This document shows positions 46,430 through 56,974 of a stretch of 64,000 nucleotides of DNA, piece by piece (within the stretch, counting starts at the first letter, position 1; each line of letters begins with the position of its first letter). Origin of the DNA: Halarcobacter sp. (lineage in GTDB: Bacteria; Campylobacterota; Campylobacteria; Campylobacterales; Arcobacteraceae); the NCBI GenBank assembly GCA_048571215.1, contig CP182352.1:480001-544000 (forward strand). The letters are read 5' to 3'. The translations under genes were made by a program, and so were the position numbers. The notes below the pieces were generated by a model that saw only the letters and a program-made list of their open reading frames with translations, had not been told where the DNA came from and searched no databases.

Positions 46430-47818
46430 TTATAATCCCATTTTAAATGGGTTTAAAATATTATTTGGATCAAAAGCATTTTTTATACTTTTAAAAAGGT
46501 TTAATTCTGCTTCATTAAAGGCAATACTCATAAATGGAGCTTTTGATAAACCAATACCATGTTCTCCCGATAGTGTTCCACCCATATCAACTACAAATTG
46601 AAAAATCTCTTCAATAGCTTTATGTCCATCTTCCATCTCTTTTTCATTGTTTTTATCTTTTACCATTACATTAACATGGATGTTTCCATCTCCTGCATGT
46701 CCAAAACATGGTACGTTGAATCCATACTTATCACCAATTTTATATATTCCTTCTAATGCTTCTGGAAGTTTTGCCCTTGGAACTGATATATCTTCATTTA
46801 ATTTTTTTGTACCATAAATTGCCGTTGCAGGACTAGCATTTCTTCTAGCAAACCATAATGATTTTGCATGTTCTTCATCTTGCGCAATTATAAAATCTAT
46901 AGAACCATAATTTGCAAAAGAGTCTTCTAGTGTTTCTAGTTGTGAATCAATCTCTGCTTGTGAAGAACCATCCACATCTCCAACTAAGATACCACCTGCC
47001 TTTTCAGGTAATTCAACTTGTGGGAATTTTTCTTTTAGTGCTTTAATTACAAGTGCATCTAAAAATTCCATTGCAACTGGGTTTGCTCCTGCTGCAAGTG
47101 ATTTAAATACAGCATTCATAGCTTTATTTACATCAGGGAAAACCCCCATATATGTTTGTTTAAATTTTGGTTTAGGGATTAACTTTAAAGTGATTTCAGT
47201 AATAACAGCTAAAGTACCTTCACTTGCTATTAGGATACCAGCAGTATTGTATCCTGCAACATCTTTTATAGTTTTTTTACCACAAGTTATAATATCTCCA
47301 TTTGGTAAAACAGCTCTTAAAGCAACTACATAATCTTTTGTAATTCCATATTTTGCTGCTCTCATTCCACCTGCATTTTCAGATACATTTCCACCTAAAG
47401 TAGAATACTCTTCACTAGCTGGATCTGGTGGATAAAAAAGTCCTACCTCTTCAACTGCTTTTTGAAATTGCATATTTATAAGTCCTGGTTGAACAACTCC
47501 AACCATATTTTCCATATCAATTTCAAGAAGTTTATTCATATGTCTTTCTAAACTTAAAATGATACCACCATTTGCAGGAAGTGCACCACCTGTAAAACCA
47601 CTTCCTGCTCCTCTAGGTACAATTACAATTTTATGTTCATTGCAATATTTTAAGATATCTGATACATCTTGTTCATGTCGAGGAAATACTACAGCATCTG
47701 GTTCAAACCTCTCTCTTGTTGCATCATAACTATATGCTATTTGATGAGCTTTATCACTTTTTATATTCTCTTCACCAACTATTGAGATAATATGGTTTAA
47801 ATGTTCTTCTTGTATCAT
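46430..47818 (-). CDS. glcD: FAD-linked oxidase, glycolate oxidase subunit GlcD-like
   Basis: PRGAGSGFTGG, YPPDPAS, NAGGMRAAKYG, HAGDGNIH, SGEHGIG. Confidence 0.88.
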   Translation of the reverse strand: MIQEEHLNHIISIVGEENIKSDKAHQIAYSYDATRERFEPDAVVFPRHEQDVSDILKYCNEHKIVIVPRGAGSGFTGGALPANGGIILSLERHMNKLLEIDMENMVGVVQPGLINMQFQKAVEEVGLFYPPDPASEEYSTLGGNVSENAGGMRAAKYGITKDYVVALRAVLPNGDIITCGKKTIKDVAGYNTAGILIASEGTLAVITEITLKLIPKPKFKQTYMGVFPDVNKAMNAVFKSLAAGANPVAMEFLDALVIKALKEKFPQVELPEKAGGILVGDVDGSSQAEIDSQLETLEDSFANYGSIDFIIAQDEEHAKSLWFARRNASPATAIYGTKKLNEDISVPRAKLPEALEGIYKIGDKYGFNVPCFGHAGDGNIHVNVMVKDKNNEKEMEDGHKAIEEIFQFVVDMGGTLSGEHGIGLSKAPFMSIAFNEAELNLFKSIKNAFDPNNILNPFKMGL

Positions 47819-48897
47819 TTGTTTAATCCTAAAAGTGTTTTATAGTAGTTATTGTAAATCTCAATTTTTACATTTAAATCTCCACTTTTTAATTCATCTT
47901 CTAAAAGAATTTCATCGTCTGTTCTATTATCTTCAAGAAAATCTTTTATAAATTTACTCCATTCTGAGATGTTTAAAAGGGAGCTTATAGCTGATTTCTC
48001 AATCTTGTCAATTCTTGTATAAAAAGGCATTTTTTCATCTTGTACAAAGTTATATGAGATTGTATTTTCATCTATTATAGAAAAAGTTCTAGAATCTACA
48101 ATATATAATTTGCTTCCTATTACAAAAAATATAGTTCCAAGGTTTTGTGACATTGCAAAATCTTGAATAGTCTCTTTAGATGGAAGTGGTTCTTCTTCTA
48201 TTTTTAATTTTGCACCAAAAACATCAGAGTGCAAAAAGTTTATATCTGCATATTTTTTTCTTGTTTGTGTAAAAGCATCTTGTGAGGGAGCAATAATTAT
48301 TGAGGCATTATATAAAAAGTTAATAATAGCAGTATCGCCATCTACAACCTTTCTATTTGTAGTTGGTATTGCATTTTGTTTAATATCTAAAAAAGGCATT
48401 AGTTTTAAAGTTGAACTATCATTATTTGAATCAACTACATAAGCACTTGCTACAATTAAACTTTGACCATTTTTATAAGTATGTTGTATAACTGCACTTT
48501 GTCCAGGTCTTAGATTACCTATTTTGACAACAGCTGTATCCTCATCAATTTTTTTAACACTAGCTTTTTGTGAACTATAGTTTAATTTTGCATATTTATT
48601 TTTCATAAAATCTATTTTATTTAAAGATATTAACTCTTTATCTGTAAATATATATGTATAGTTTAAACCTTGGTTTTTACTTTTTTCAATTTTTAAATCT
48701 TTTAAATACCAACCATTTTTTTTCATATCCTTAAAAGAATAGTCACTTTTACACTCTCCACCATCAAGTTTTTCTGTCTCAATAGTTGAAGGTTTATCCC
48801 AGTTTAGTTTATAACATATTGTTGTTTTTGCATATAAACTTTGAGTTAATAGTGTTGTAGTAAATAGTGCAATTAAACTTTTTGTTAATAGATTCAT
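47815..48897 (-). CDS. Exported protein with plasminogen-binding protein PgbA N-terminal-like domain
   Basis: Signal peptide; GQSAVI.H, KQNAIP, IIAP, FLHSD.FG, PFYTRI pattern; adjacent to glcD. Confidence 0.7.
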   Translation of the reverse strand: MNLLTKSLIALFTTTLLTQSLYAKTTICYKLNWDKPSTIETEKLDGGECKSDYSFKDMKKNGWYLKDLKIEKSKNQGLNYTYIFTDKELISLNKIDFMKNKYAKLNYSSQKASVKKIDEDTAVVKIGNLRPGQSAVIQHTYKNGQSLIVASAYVVDSNNDSSTLKLMPFLDIKQNAIPTTNRKVVDGDTAIINFLYNASIIIAPSQDAFTQTRKKYADINFLHSDVFGAKLKIEEEPLPSKETIQDFAMSQNLGTIFFVIGSKLYIVDSRTFSIIDENTISYNFVQDEKMPFYTRIDKIEKSAISSLLNISEWSKFIKDFLEDNRTDDEILLEDELKSGDLNVKIEIYNNYYKTLLGLNK

Positions 48898-48908
48898 TTT
48901 ATTCCTTA

Positions 48909-49412
48909 TTATGCTTGTAATTCTTGAAGTTTTTGTTTAACTTCGTCAACATGTAAAACTTCAATTTTTTCACCTTTTACACTTTTCTTTTTTCTTACAC
49001 TTACTTTTGGCCATATTGCAGCTATTTTACCTTCTGGATTGATTATAAAGGTAGTTCTTACAACTCCCATTGATTCTCTCCCCATAAATTTTTTAAGTTG
49101 CCATACTCCAAAATCTTCACAAATTTTTTTATCAACATCGGCTAAAAGTGTTATTGATAACTCTTTTTTTTCTATAAATTTTCTATGTTTTGCACTATCA
49201 TCAGGGCTAACTCCTAAAATGATTGCATCAAGGTCATCAAATTCTGGCTCTTGGCTTGTAAAATCGCAAGCTTCAGTGGTACAACCAGGAGTTAAATCTC
49301 TTGGATAAAAATATAAAACAATCCATTTTCCTAATAAATCTCTAGAACATATCTCAATATCATCTTGATTTGGGGCACAAAAACTAGGAGCTGTTTGTCC
49401 AATTTCTAACAT
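48909..49412 (-). CDS. bcp: Thioredoxin-dependent peroxiredoxin Bcp
   Basis: LYFYPRDLTPGCTTEACDF. Confidence 0.95.
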   Translation of the reverse strand: MLEIGQTAPSFCAPNQDDIEICSRDLLGKWIVLYFYPRDLTPGCTTEACDFTSQEPEFDDLDAIILGVSPDDSAKHRKFIEKKELSITLLADVDKKICEDFGVWQLKKFMGRESMGVVRTTFIINPEGKIAAIWPKVSVRKKKSVKGEKIEVLHVDEVKQKLQELQA

Positions 49413-49457
49413 AAATATTCCTTTTTAATTAATTCCCTAATTTTAAAGGGAAATTTT

Positions 49458-50168
49458 TTATTTTTTTATTGCAATAAATGTAGCAAAATTAACCCATTTG
49501 AAAAGTGTTTCACAGTGGGTAAATCCTGCATCTAATATCATTTTTTTATTTTCTTGTTCAGTATAAGGTATAAGAACATTCTCTAAAGCCTCTCTTTTTT
49601 GGGCTATTTCATATTCACTATAACCTTGGGTTTTCTTAAACTCATAATACTCATCAATATATTGTTTTGATAATACTTTATCTGATGAGATTACTTTTTC
49701 ACTAAAAATAAAAACACCATTATTTTGCAAACTATTATAGATTTTTTTTACTAATTTTTCTCTTTGAAGAGGTCTAATAAATTGTAATGTATAGTTTGAA
49801 ATGATAAGTTTAGCATCATCAAAACTCATATTATGTAAATCTTCATTTATAAGTTTTATATCAACACCAAAAGCTTTAGATTTATTTGATGCCCTTTCAA
49901 GCATAGCCTCAGAGTTATCAATCCCAATTAATTGAAATTTTTTTGAAGAGTGTTTTGCAAGTTCAATCAGTGTTGAAGCTGTAGAACAGCCTAAATCATA
50001 CACTTTATCTTCCTCTTCCAAATAGTTTAATGCAAAGTTTATAGTTAATCTTTGCATCTCTTTATAAAAGGGAACTGAACGATTTAGCATATCATCAAAG
50101 ACCGATGCTACCTCTTCATCAAATTCAAATTGTTTACTTATTGATTTATCAAATACTTTATCTGTCAT
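49458..50168 (-). CDS. cmoA: Carboxy-S-adenosyl-L-methionine synthase
   Basis: [39 protein letters not shown]. Confidence 0.95.
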   Translation of the reverse strand: MTDKVFDKSISKQFEFDEEVASVFDDMLNRSVPFYKEMQRLTINFALNYLEEEDKVYDLGCSTASTLIELAKHSSKKFQLIGIDNSEAMLERASNKSKAFGVDIKLINEDLHNMSFDDAKLIISNYTLQFIRPLQREKLVKKIYNSLQNNGVFIFSEKVISSDKVLSKQYIDEYYEFKKTQGYSEYEIAQKREALENVLIPYTEQENKKMILDAGFTHCETLFKWVNFATFIAIKK

Positions 50169-50199
50169 TTAATTATTTTAGCTAAATGAAGATTAATAG

Positions 50200-51039
50200 T
50201 TATTTATCAAAAAAAGATTTTGCAATACTTAAGTCTTCATTTATTTGATTTTTTAAATTTTCAAAGGAATCAAATTTTTTATTTTCCCTTATTTTATCAA
50301 GAAATTTTATTTGAACACAACTGTGCATATTTTTTATAACTTCATCTAAAATATGTGTTTCTACAGCATAACTACCATCTGTTGTAACCCTATGCCCTAA
50401 AAAAGTCACTGATTTATACTCAATCTCATTTATTATTGTTTTAGTAATATAAACACCTTCATTAGGAAGTAAAAAGTCATCTACTTTTAGATTTATAGTA
50501 GGAACAAAACTTTTTGAACCTAAACCCTGACCTTTTATTTGTCTACCAAAGATTTTATACTCTTTATTTAAAAGTTTATTAGCAGTTTTTATATCACCAC
50601 TTTTTAGATAATTTCTAATTATTCTTGAATGTATCGCGATATTATCAACTCTTACTTCATCTATAATAATTACCTCTTTATTAAATAGTCTTTTTAATTC
50701 AGGGATACAGTTTTTTCTATTTTTTCCAAAACAAAAATCAAAACCTACAACTATTTTTTCTAAGTTTGGAAACTCTTCTAAAAGTAAAGTGATAAATTCT
50801 TCCCCACTTAGATGTTTGATATTATCAAGTATATAGTAGTATATAGGATATTTTGTATACTCTTGTCTATATGTTTTAGGTGTAAGATTTGCAAATCCAG
50901 CTTCAATACATACTATACCTCCACTTTCACCTAGATGTTTAAAAAGTTCTTGGTGTGCTAGATGCATCCCATCAAAACCACCTATTGCAATTGCATTTAT
51001 CGTTTTTTTATTTATTAAAATAGAAGAGCTCTTCTTCAT
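50200..51039 (-). CDS. ribF: Bifunctional riboflavin kinase/FAD synthetase
   Basis: GGFDGMHLAHQ, VGFDFCFG, PTINL, GVY, ETHILD, IRENKKF; start uncertain (51039-51057). Confidence 0.93.
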   Translation of the reverse strand: MKKSSSILINKKTINAIAIGGFDGMHLAHQELFKHLGESGGIVCIEAGFANLTPKTYRQEYTKYPIYYYILDNIKHLSGEEFITLLLEEFPNLEKIVVGFDFCFGKNRKNCIPELKRLFNKEVIIIDEVRVDNIAIHSRIIRNYLKSGDIKTANKLLNKEYKIFGRQIKGQGLGSKSFVPTINLKVDDFLLPNEGVYITKTIINEIEYKSVTFLGHRVTTDGSYAVETHILDEVIKNMHSCVQIKFLDKIRENKKFDSFENLKNQINEDLSIAKSFFDK

Positions 51040-51715
51040 TCCCATCTTTTCCTTCAATTTTACTAGGACTATTATAAATCAATCTCCAATTCTTTAATAC
51101 ACAAGAATCCATAAATCTATCCCTAGCTTTAATTATTGCTTTTTTATCTTTTACAGCACCTTTTTTATCTCTTTTTACATTTGTTCCAACTTCGAATTGG
51201 GGTTTGAAAAGTATAATAATTTTATCTTTTGATAAACTATCTATCTCATCTAATATATTTAAAACAGAGATAAAAGAGACATCACATGTGACTATATCAA
51301 AAGTTGTACTTTTTTCAAACTCCCTTATATCGGTATTTTCAAAAAAGTTTATTTTTGAATTTCCCCTTAATCTTTCGTGTAGTTGATTTGAACCAACGTC
51401 CACACAAGTTACACTTTCAATACCTTTTTCTAAAAGTATTTGAGTAAAACCTCCAGTGCTACTTCCTATATCCAAAGCTTTTAAGTTTGAAATATCTATA
51501 TTTAATTCTTCTAAAAAATATTTGAGTTTATATGCAGCACGGCTTACATAAAAATCCTCTTCTAAAAGTTCTATTTTTGAATTTTCATCTACATCAAAAG
51601 AGGCTTTAGTGATAACTTGCGAATCAACTCTAACTTTTTTTGCTTTTATTAACTCGGCTGCTTTATTTCTACTTTGAATTTCAAAGTTCTGTGTTAAGTA
51701 TTGGTCTAATCTCAT
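51008..51715 (-). CDS. tlyA: TlyA-family rRNA (cytidine-2'-O)-methyltransferase
   Basis: MRLD S4 domain, YVSRAAYKL, DIGSSTGGFT, DVSFIS, KPQFE. Confidence 0.95.
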   Translation of the reverse strand: MRLDQYLTQNFEIQSRNKAAELIKAKKVRVDSQVITKASFDVDENSKIELLEEDFYVSRAAYKLKYFLEELNIDISNLKALDIGSSTGGFTQILLEKGIESVTCVDVGSNQLHERLRGNSKINFFENTDIREFEKSTTFDIVTCDVSFISVLNILDEIDSLSKDKIIILFKPQFEVGTNVKRDKKGAVKDKKAIIKARDRFMDSCVLKNWRLIYNSPSKIEGKDGNEEELFYFNK

Positions 51716-51778
51716 GTGAAATTATATTAAAAAGTTGCTCTATATTAGATTATTTATTGTTTTACAGTAGAATATCTT

Positions 51779-52351
51779 ATGTATTTTATAAAAGAACAGA
51801 CAAATCAAACCTTAGAAGAGAAAAAATCAAAATTTATTGCATACTTAACAAGTTATGATAAATTTGATGATTTGATGATAAAACTTAAACAAGAACACCC
51901 AAAAGCCAGACATTTTGTTTATGCTTATAGGTATTTAAATGAGTTTGATCAAGTAGTGGAAAACTGTAGTGATGATGGCGAACCAAAAGGAACAAGTGGA
52001 AAACCAACTTTAAATGTATTAGCAGGAAATGAACTAATTAATAGTGCAGTTATTATTATTAGATATTTTGGTGGAGTCAAACTTGGGACAGGTGGATTAG
52101 TTAGAGCCTATAGTGATGCTACAAATTTAGTGATTAAAAATAGTAATTTAATAAAATATGAGAAATTAGATACTCTTATTTTAAAATTGGATTATGCAAT
52201 TTTGTCAAAGCTTGAGTATCTTTTAGATAGTCTAGATATAAGTATTATAAATAAAGAGTTTACTGAAAGTGTTATTTTAAAACTAGAACTTACAAAAGAG
52301 CAAGAGGAAAACTTAAAATTAGAACTTCCAAGAAGTGTTGAAATACTATGA
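51779..52351 (+). CDS. yigZ: YigZ/IMPACT family protein
   Basis: KKSKFIA, ARHFVYAY, SDDGEPKGTSG, RYFGGVKLGTGGLVRAY. Confidence 0.93.
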   Translation: MYFIKEQTNQTLEEKKSKFIAYLTSYDKFDDLMIKLKQEHPKARHFVYAYRYLNEFDQVVENCSDDGEPKGTSGKPTLNVLAGNELINSAVIIIRYFGGVKLGTGGLVRAYSDATNLVIKNSNLIKYEKLDTLILKLDYAILSKLEYLLDSLDISIINKEFTESVILKLELTKEQEENLKLELPRSVEIL

Positions 52352-52400
52352 TAAATAATATAATAAGTTATAATTTATTATAATCTCATAAAAGGAGATT

Positions 52401-53825
52401 ATGATGAAACACTTATTTATATCACTACTTATTTTTAGCAACTTGTACACAAATGACAAAATAGATATAAATTTCAAAGATTTAAATCTTGAAGAGCTTA
52501 TAAAAATAGTATCAGATGAAACAGGCAAAAAAATACTTCTTACGACAAAAGTAGAAGGCACTGTAGATTTTATCTCCAAAAAACCTCTTAGTAAAGATGA
52601 ACTATTCAAGGTATTAAATTTAAGTTTGAATGACAAAGGATATGAACTAAAAAGATTTAACACTATTTATAAGATTATAAAAAAAACTAAAAATATCCAT
52701 CCTTCAAAAAATAGAACTAAACAAAAATTTGTGGATAAATATATAAGTGAAGTTATCTATTTAAAGTATTTGGAAGTAAAAGATGTAAAAGAGCTTTTGG
52801 ATTCTATTATAAAAAATAGAAATTATAAAAAAAGTGATATCCCTTCAATTAGTTCAAATATAGAATCAAACTTTATTATTTTGGATGGTAAGAAAAGTAT
52901 TGTAGAAAAACTAAAAAATTTTATAGCTAAAATTGATATAGTAAAATCTCAAATATATATAAAAACAAAAATAATAGAAGTTGATGATAATTTAGTAGAT
53001 GAGATTGGGTTAAGATTTGGAATTCTTGGTGGTAATGTCTATGGTGGTGGAATAAATAGTTTCTCTTCAAATCTAAATTCAGGTGTTGCCTTACCATTTG
53101 ATATTAGTACTATTGGATTAAGTATTCCAAATTTAAGTTCATCATTAGCTTTAGGTGCAAGTATAAATCTATTAAATAAAACTTACGCTTTAAATATCAT
53201 ATCTGAACCCTCAATTTTATGCATAAACAATAAACAAAGTGAAATCTATGTGGGAGAAACAGTCTCAATACAAACTACATCAACTGTTACAGATGGTGGA
53301 AATATAACTAATAGTTACGAAAGAGAAGATATAGGTTTGAGTTTAAAAGTAAAACCAAGGGTTACAAAAGAGAATAAGGTTTTAATTAATATTGATACAA
53401 CATTGGAGGGGATAAAAAATCTTGAAGGGCTTAGTTCAAATCCAAATACAAGTAAAAAGTTTATAAAAACTACTGCAATTGTAAACAATGGTGAAAGTGT
53501 GATTTTAGGAGGACTTATAGAAAATAAAAATGAAAAGAGTATAGAGAAAATTCCTTTTGCTGGAGATATACCACTTATAGGTGAGTTATTTAAAAATAGG
53601 TTAAATAATAGCAATACAAAAAACTTAACAATACTCATCACCCCATATATAATTCCAAAAAATAAAGATTTAAGTTTTGTAAGAGAAGAGTTAGCTAAGA
53701 TTCAAGTTTTTGAAGATATGTTGTTAAAAGAGGTATTAGAAAAATTAAAAAAACAAAAATTAAAAAAAGAACCTGTAAAAAATGATGTGCATAAGATACA
53801 TGAAAAAATTATAAATAGATTCTAA
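52401..53825 (+). CDS. Secretin (GspD/PulD/pIV superfamily), short form
   Basis: N0-like INFKDLNLEELI, one N3-like repeat, secretin core (QIYIKTKIIEV, IYVGETV, REDIGLSLKVKP, GESVILGGLI, KIPFAGDIPLIGELFK). Confidence 0.88.
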   Translation: MMKHLFISLLIFSNLYTNDKIDINFKDLNLEELIKIVSDETGKKILLTTKVEGTVDFISKKPLSKDELFKVLNLSLNDKGYELKRFNTIYKIIKKTKNIHPSKNRTKQKFVDKYISEVIYLKYLEVKDVKELLDSIIKNRNYKKSDIPSISSNIESNFIILDGKKSIVEKLKNFIAKIDIVKSQIYIKTKIIEVDDNLVDEIGLRFGILGGNVYGGGINSFSSNLNSGVALPFDISTIGLSIPNLSSSLALGASINLLNKTYALNIISEPSILCINNKQSEIYVGETVSIQTTSTVTDGGNITNSYEREDIGLSLKVKPRVTKENKVLINIDTTLEGIKNLEGLSSNPNTSKKFIKTTAIVNNGESVILGGLIENKNEKSIEKIPFAGDIPLIGELFKNRLNNSNTKNLTILITPYIIPKNKDLSFVREELAKIQVFEDMLLKEVLEKLKKQKLKKEPVKNDVHKIHEKIINRF

Positions 53826-54442
53826 GCATCTACACTTCTCATAAGTCTATCTAAAACATGTAAATCTTTTGAAGTTTTTTCAATATTGGTTGATTTTACT
53901 ATTCTTGAGCAATCTTGACATAAGATAATTATATTTTCCAAGTTAAAACCACCGCCGTTTTTCATCTGTTTAGCTAAGAGTGTTTGGGCATCAATAAGTT
54001 TTATTGTAGTACCACATCTATTACATCTTTTATGGTCTCTACTCCAAGCAGCTTCTTTTCTTTGGTTCCAATCAATTGGGTATTTATTATCTTTATGTAA
54101 AGTAGAGTTTTGTTCATAAGAGCTCCAAAGTTTCTCTTTTGAAACACTTGGCTGAGTATTTAATTCATACTCATGATTACAAAACTGTCTTACAAAATCT
54201 TCAACTATCAAGATCTCTTTTACTCGTATATTTTTTTCATCTTCATATTTTGCTAAAATATCAAAATTAAAACTGATTTTTGGGTAATCATTTTTTAAGA
54301 TAATTTGCATATCTTTCATAAAAGCTTTTAGGCTTCCAGCTTTATAAAAGCCTTTAAAAAGAGTTTTTCTATAGATATAAAGTGGTATCAAAGCTAAGAT
54401 TATAATTAATCCAGAAATAATAAATCTTAAGTCTAATACCAT
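53822..54442 (-). CDS. Membrane-anchored protein with degenerate HNH-like zinc finger
   Basis: N-terminal TM; RD..RCNRCG...GG.FNLEN..ILCQDC. Confidence 0.7.
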   Translation of the reverse strand: MVLDLRFIISGLIIILALIPLYIYRKTLFKGFYKAGSLKAFMKDMQIILKNDYPKISFNFDILAKYEDEKNIRVKEILIVEDFVRQFCNHEYELNTQPSVSKEKLWSSYEQNSTLHKDNKYPIDWNQRKEAAWSRDHKRCNRCGTTIKLIDAQTLLAKQMKNGGGFNLENIIILCQDCSRIVKSTNIEKTSKDLHVLDRLMRSVDA

Positions 54443-54451
54443 CTTGAATCC

Positions 54452-55552
54452 TTAAATTAATTCAGGATTTACACTATGTTTTATTAGTGTTTTTTTAACT
54501 TCATCATGTTGACCAATTGCTAGTTTGATAAGTTCTGATTTATGAATTACAGGTAAATCTATCTCTCTTCCTGAAAGCTCTTTTAGTGTTTCTCTATTTG
54601 CGTCAAATAGTGAAAAAAGTTTTTCATCATCAACAACTAACAAATCTGCACTATTGTCAAAAGCTTCAATCATAACAGTTGAAGCAAGTTTCATTGAAAA
54701 CTCTTTATTTATATGAAAAGACTCTAAAGCCAAATCACTTTTCATAGCTTCTGTATCAATAACTTTTGCATTTAGTTTATTTAAGATAGATGAGGTTTGA
54801 GTATCTTCATTTAAACCTTTATAGTAGGCAATATTAAAATTATCAAAATAGTGTTTTATTTCACCAATATTTTCGATATTTTCAAATGCTAAAGCTTTAT
54901 TTTTTTTATTTGTTGTAAAGTTTTGTTCTTTTATATCTTTTGTAAGATTTAGTTTTTTCTTAATCTCTTGAATTTTATTTTCAATTTCCATATCAAGATT
55001 ATAAACTCTATTTTCTAAACTTGTATGAAATTGTGCTCCACATTCATGTTGTGAAAGTATCTCTAAAATTCTTTTTTCATCTTTTTTATTCTTTTGGATT
55101 AAATCGTATGCTAAAAGAAGTAGAGCATCTCCAATATATTCATATTCATAGTTTATGGTATTTGATGCATAAAAGTAGATTTTATAGCTATTGTATAAAG
55201 CTTTTATTTCATCATCAACAAACTCTTCAAGTAGTTTTAACCTTTGTTTAAAATCTGAATCATCTATTGTTAAATCTTTTTTTGATCTTCTTATAGAAAT
55301 AGGTTCTATTATCAAGTCTTTTCCAAAAGTTTTAACAAGTTCATCAATACTGATTGATGCTTTTGTAAAAATACCATTTACAACTAAGTTAAAATTATCA
55401 GTACTTCTGTATTCAAATGGCTCTTCTATATTGATTTTATCAAGTAAATCTACTAGTTTTTTTTCATTTTTTACTTGAATAAAATTTTTCGTATAGTATG
55501 GTAAATAATCAGATTTGTAATCAAATCTAAAAAGTGAAATCTCTAATTTCAT
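54452..55552 (-). CDS. Conserved hypothetical (DUF5644-like): degenerate SdhB/FrdB-like N-part plus CCG/HdrB-like C-part
   Basis: FRFD, IEP...KDL.ID, YIGDALL; NIAYYKG, AFDNSADLLVV...FD...LPVIH...LAIG; only one Cys. Confidence 0.6.
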   Translation of the reverse strand: MKLEISLFRFDYKSDYLPYYTKNFIQVKNEKKLVDLLDKINIEEPFEYRSTDNFNLVVNGIFTKASISIDELVKTFGKDLIIEPISIRRSKKDLTIDDSDFKQRLKLLEEFVDDEIKALYNSYKIYFYASNTINYEYEYIGDALLLLAYDLIQKNKKDEKRILEILSQHECGAQFHTSLENRVYNLDMEIENKIQEIKKKLNLTKDIKEQNFTTNKKNKALAFENIENIGEIKHYFDNFNIAYYKGLNEDTQTSSILNKLNAKVIDTEAMKSDLALESFHINKEFSMKLASTVMIEAFDNSADLLVVDDEKLFSLFDANRETLKELSGREIDLPVIHKSELIKLAIGQHDEVKKTLIKHSVNPELI

Positions 55553-55615
55553 ATTAAATAACCTTTTTTATTTGTTTGTAGATTTTATAAAATTTATACT
55601 TAAATTATAAACTAA

Positions 55616-56881
55616 CTACTCTTTGTCTCTAATAACTGATGCTCCAATTTTTGAAAGTTTTCCTTCCAAATCCTCATAACCTCTATCTAAATGGTAAATT
55701 CTATGGATTGAAGTTTCCCCTTTAGCTACAAGTGCAGCAAGTACAAGTGCAGAAGAAGCTCTAAGGTCTGTTGCCATAACATCGGTTCCATACAATTCAT
55801 TTCCTGTTCCATTGATTGTTGCAATATTTCCATTTAGATGAATATCTGCACCCAATCTAAGTAGTTCACTAACATGCATAAATCTATTTTCAAATAATCT
55901 TTCATCTATAGTACTTACCCCATTGGCTTGGGTTGCTAGTGCCATAAATTGAGCTTGCATATCTGTTGGGAAACCTGGATATTCAGTTGTTATTATATTT
56001 ACAGGTTTAATATTATTTGTTGGCATGATAGTTACACTATTTTCATCTTGTAAAACCTCAAAACTCATCTCTTCTAGTTTAGAGATAACTGCTTCAATAT
56101 GCATAGGAATTACATTGTTTATTTTTAATTTAGAGTTTGTAATAGCAGCTGCACACATATAAGTTCCAGCTTCTATTCTATCTGGGATTACATCAAAGTC
56201 TTTTATATTTAAAAGCTTTTTATTTGTTCCATGGATGATTAGTGTTGAGGTTCCAATACCTTCTATTAAAACACCAGCATCTTTTATAACTTGACAAAGT
56301 TGTTGTACTTCTGGCTCTTTTGCTGCATTGATTATAGTTGTAACACCATTAGCTAGTGCTGCTGCCATAACTGTATTTTCAGTCCCACCAACTGTAACTT
56401 TATCGAATACAATTTTAGCTCCATGTAGTCCATTTGGAGCTGTTGCTTCAATATACCCATGATTTATATTTATTATTGCACCCATTTGTTCTAAGGCTTT
56501 TAGGTGTAAGTCAACTGGTCTTTGACCAATAGCACAACCACCAGGAAGTGATACTTCACAGTGCCCAAATCTAGATAAAAGTGGTCCCAAAACCAAAATA
56601 GAAGCTCTCATGGTTTTTACAATATCATATGTTGCAGTTGTTTTATCAATAGTAGAAGTATTGATTTTAATACAAGTTTCTTCTTTCTTATAAGAACCAC
56701 CAAGTTTATCAATAAGTTTTAAAAAAGTGTTGATATCAACAACATCTGGCATGTTGCATATTGTTATTTCATTTTTTGCTAAAATCGTTGCTGCTATTAA
56801 AGGTAGTGCAGCATTCTTAGCACCAGAAATTTTAACCTCTCCTTGAAGTTTTTTTTCACCGCTAATTTTTAAATATTCCAT
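55616..56881 (-). CDS. murA: UDP-N-acetylglucosamine 1-carboxyvinyltransferase
   Basis: [51 protein letters not shown]. Confidence 0.98.
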   Translation of the reverse strand: MEYLKISGEKKLQGEVKISGAKNAALPLIAATILAKNEITICNMPDVVDINTFLKLIDKLGGSYKKEETCIKINTSTIDKTTATYDIVKTMRASILVLGPLLSRFGHCEVSLPGGCAIGQRPVDLHLKALEQMGAIININHGYIEATAPNGLHGAKIVFDKVTVGGTENTVMAAALANGVTTIINAAKEPEVQQLCQVIKDAGVLIEGIGTSTLIIHGTNKKLLNIKDFDVIPDRIEAGTYMCAAAITNSKLKINNVIPMHIEAVISKLEEMSFEVLQDENSVTIMPTNNIKPVNIITTEYPGFPTDMQAQFMALATQANGVSTIDERLFENRFMHVSELLRLGADIHLNGNIATINGTGNELYGTDVMATDLRASSALVLAALVAKGETSIHRIYHLDRGYEDLEGKLSKIGASVIRDKE

Positions 56882-56974
56882 TTGTTTCCTAAGTTAAAGA
56901 GTAAGCTATAATTTATTAAATTTTGATATTTTATCTAAAACTATATAAAATTGCGTTTTGAATTAGGATTGTAG

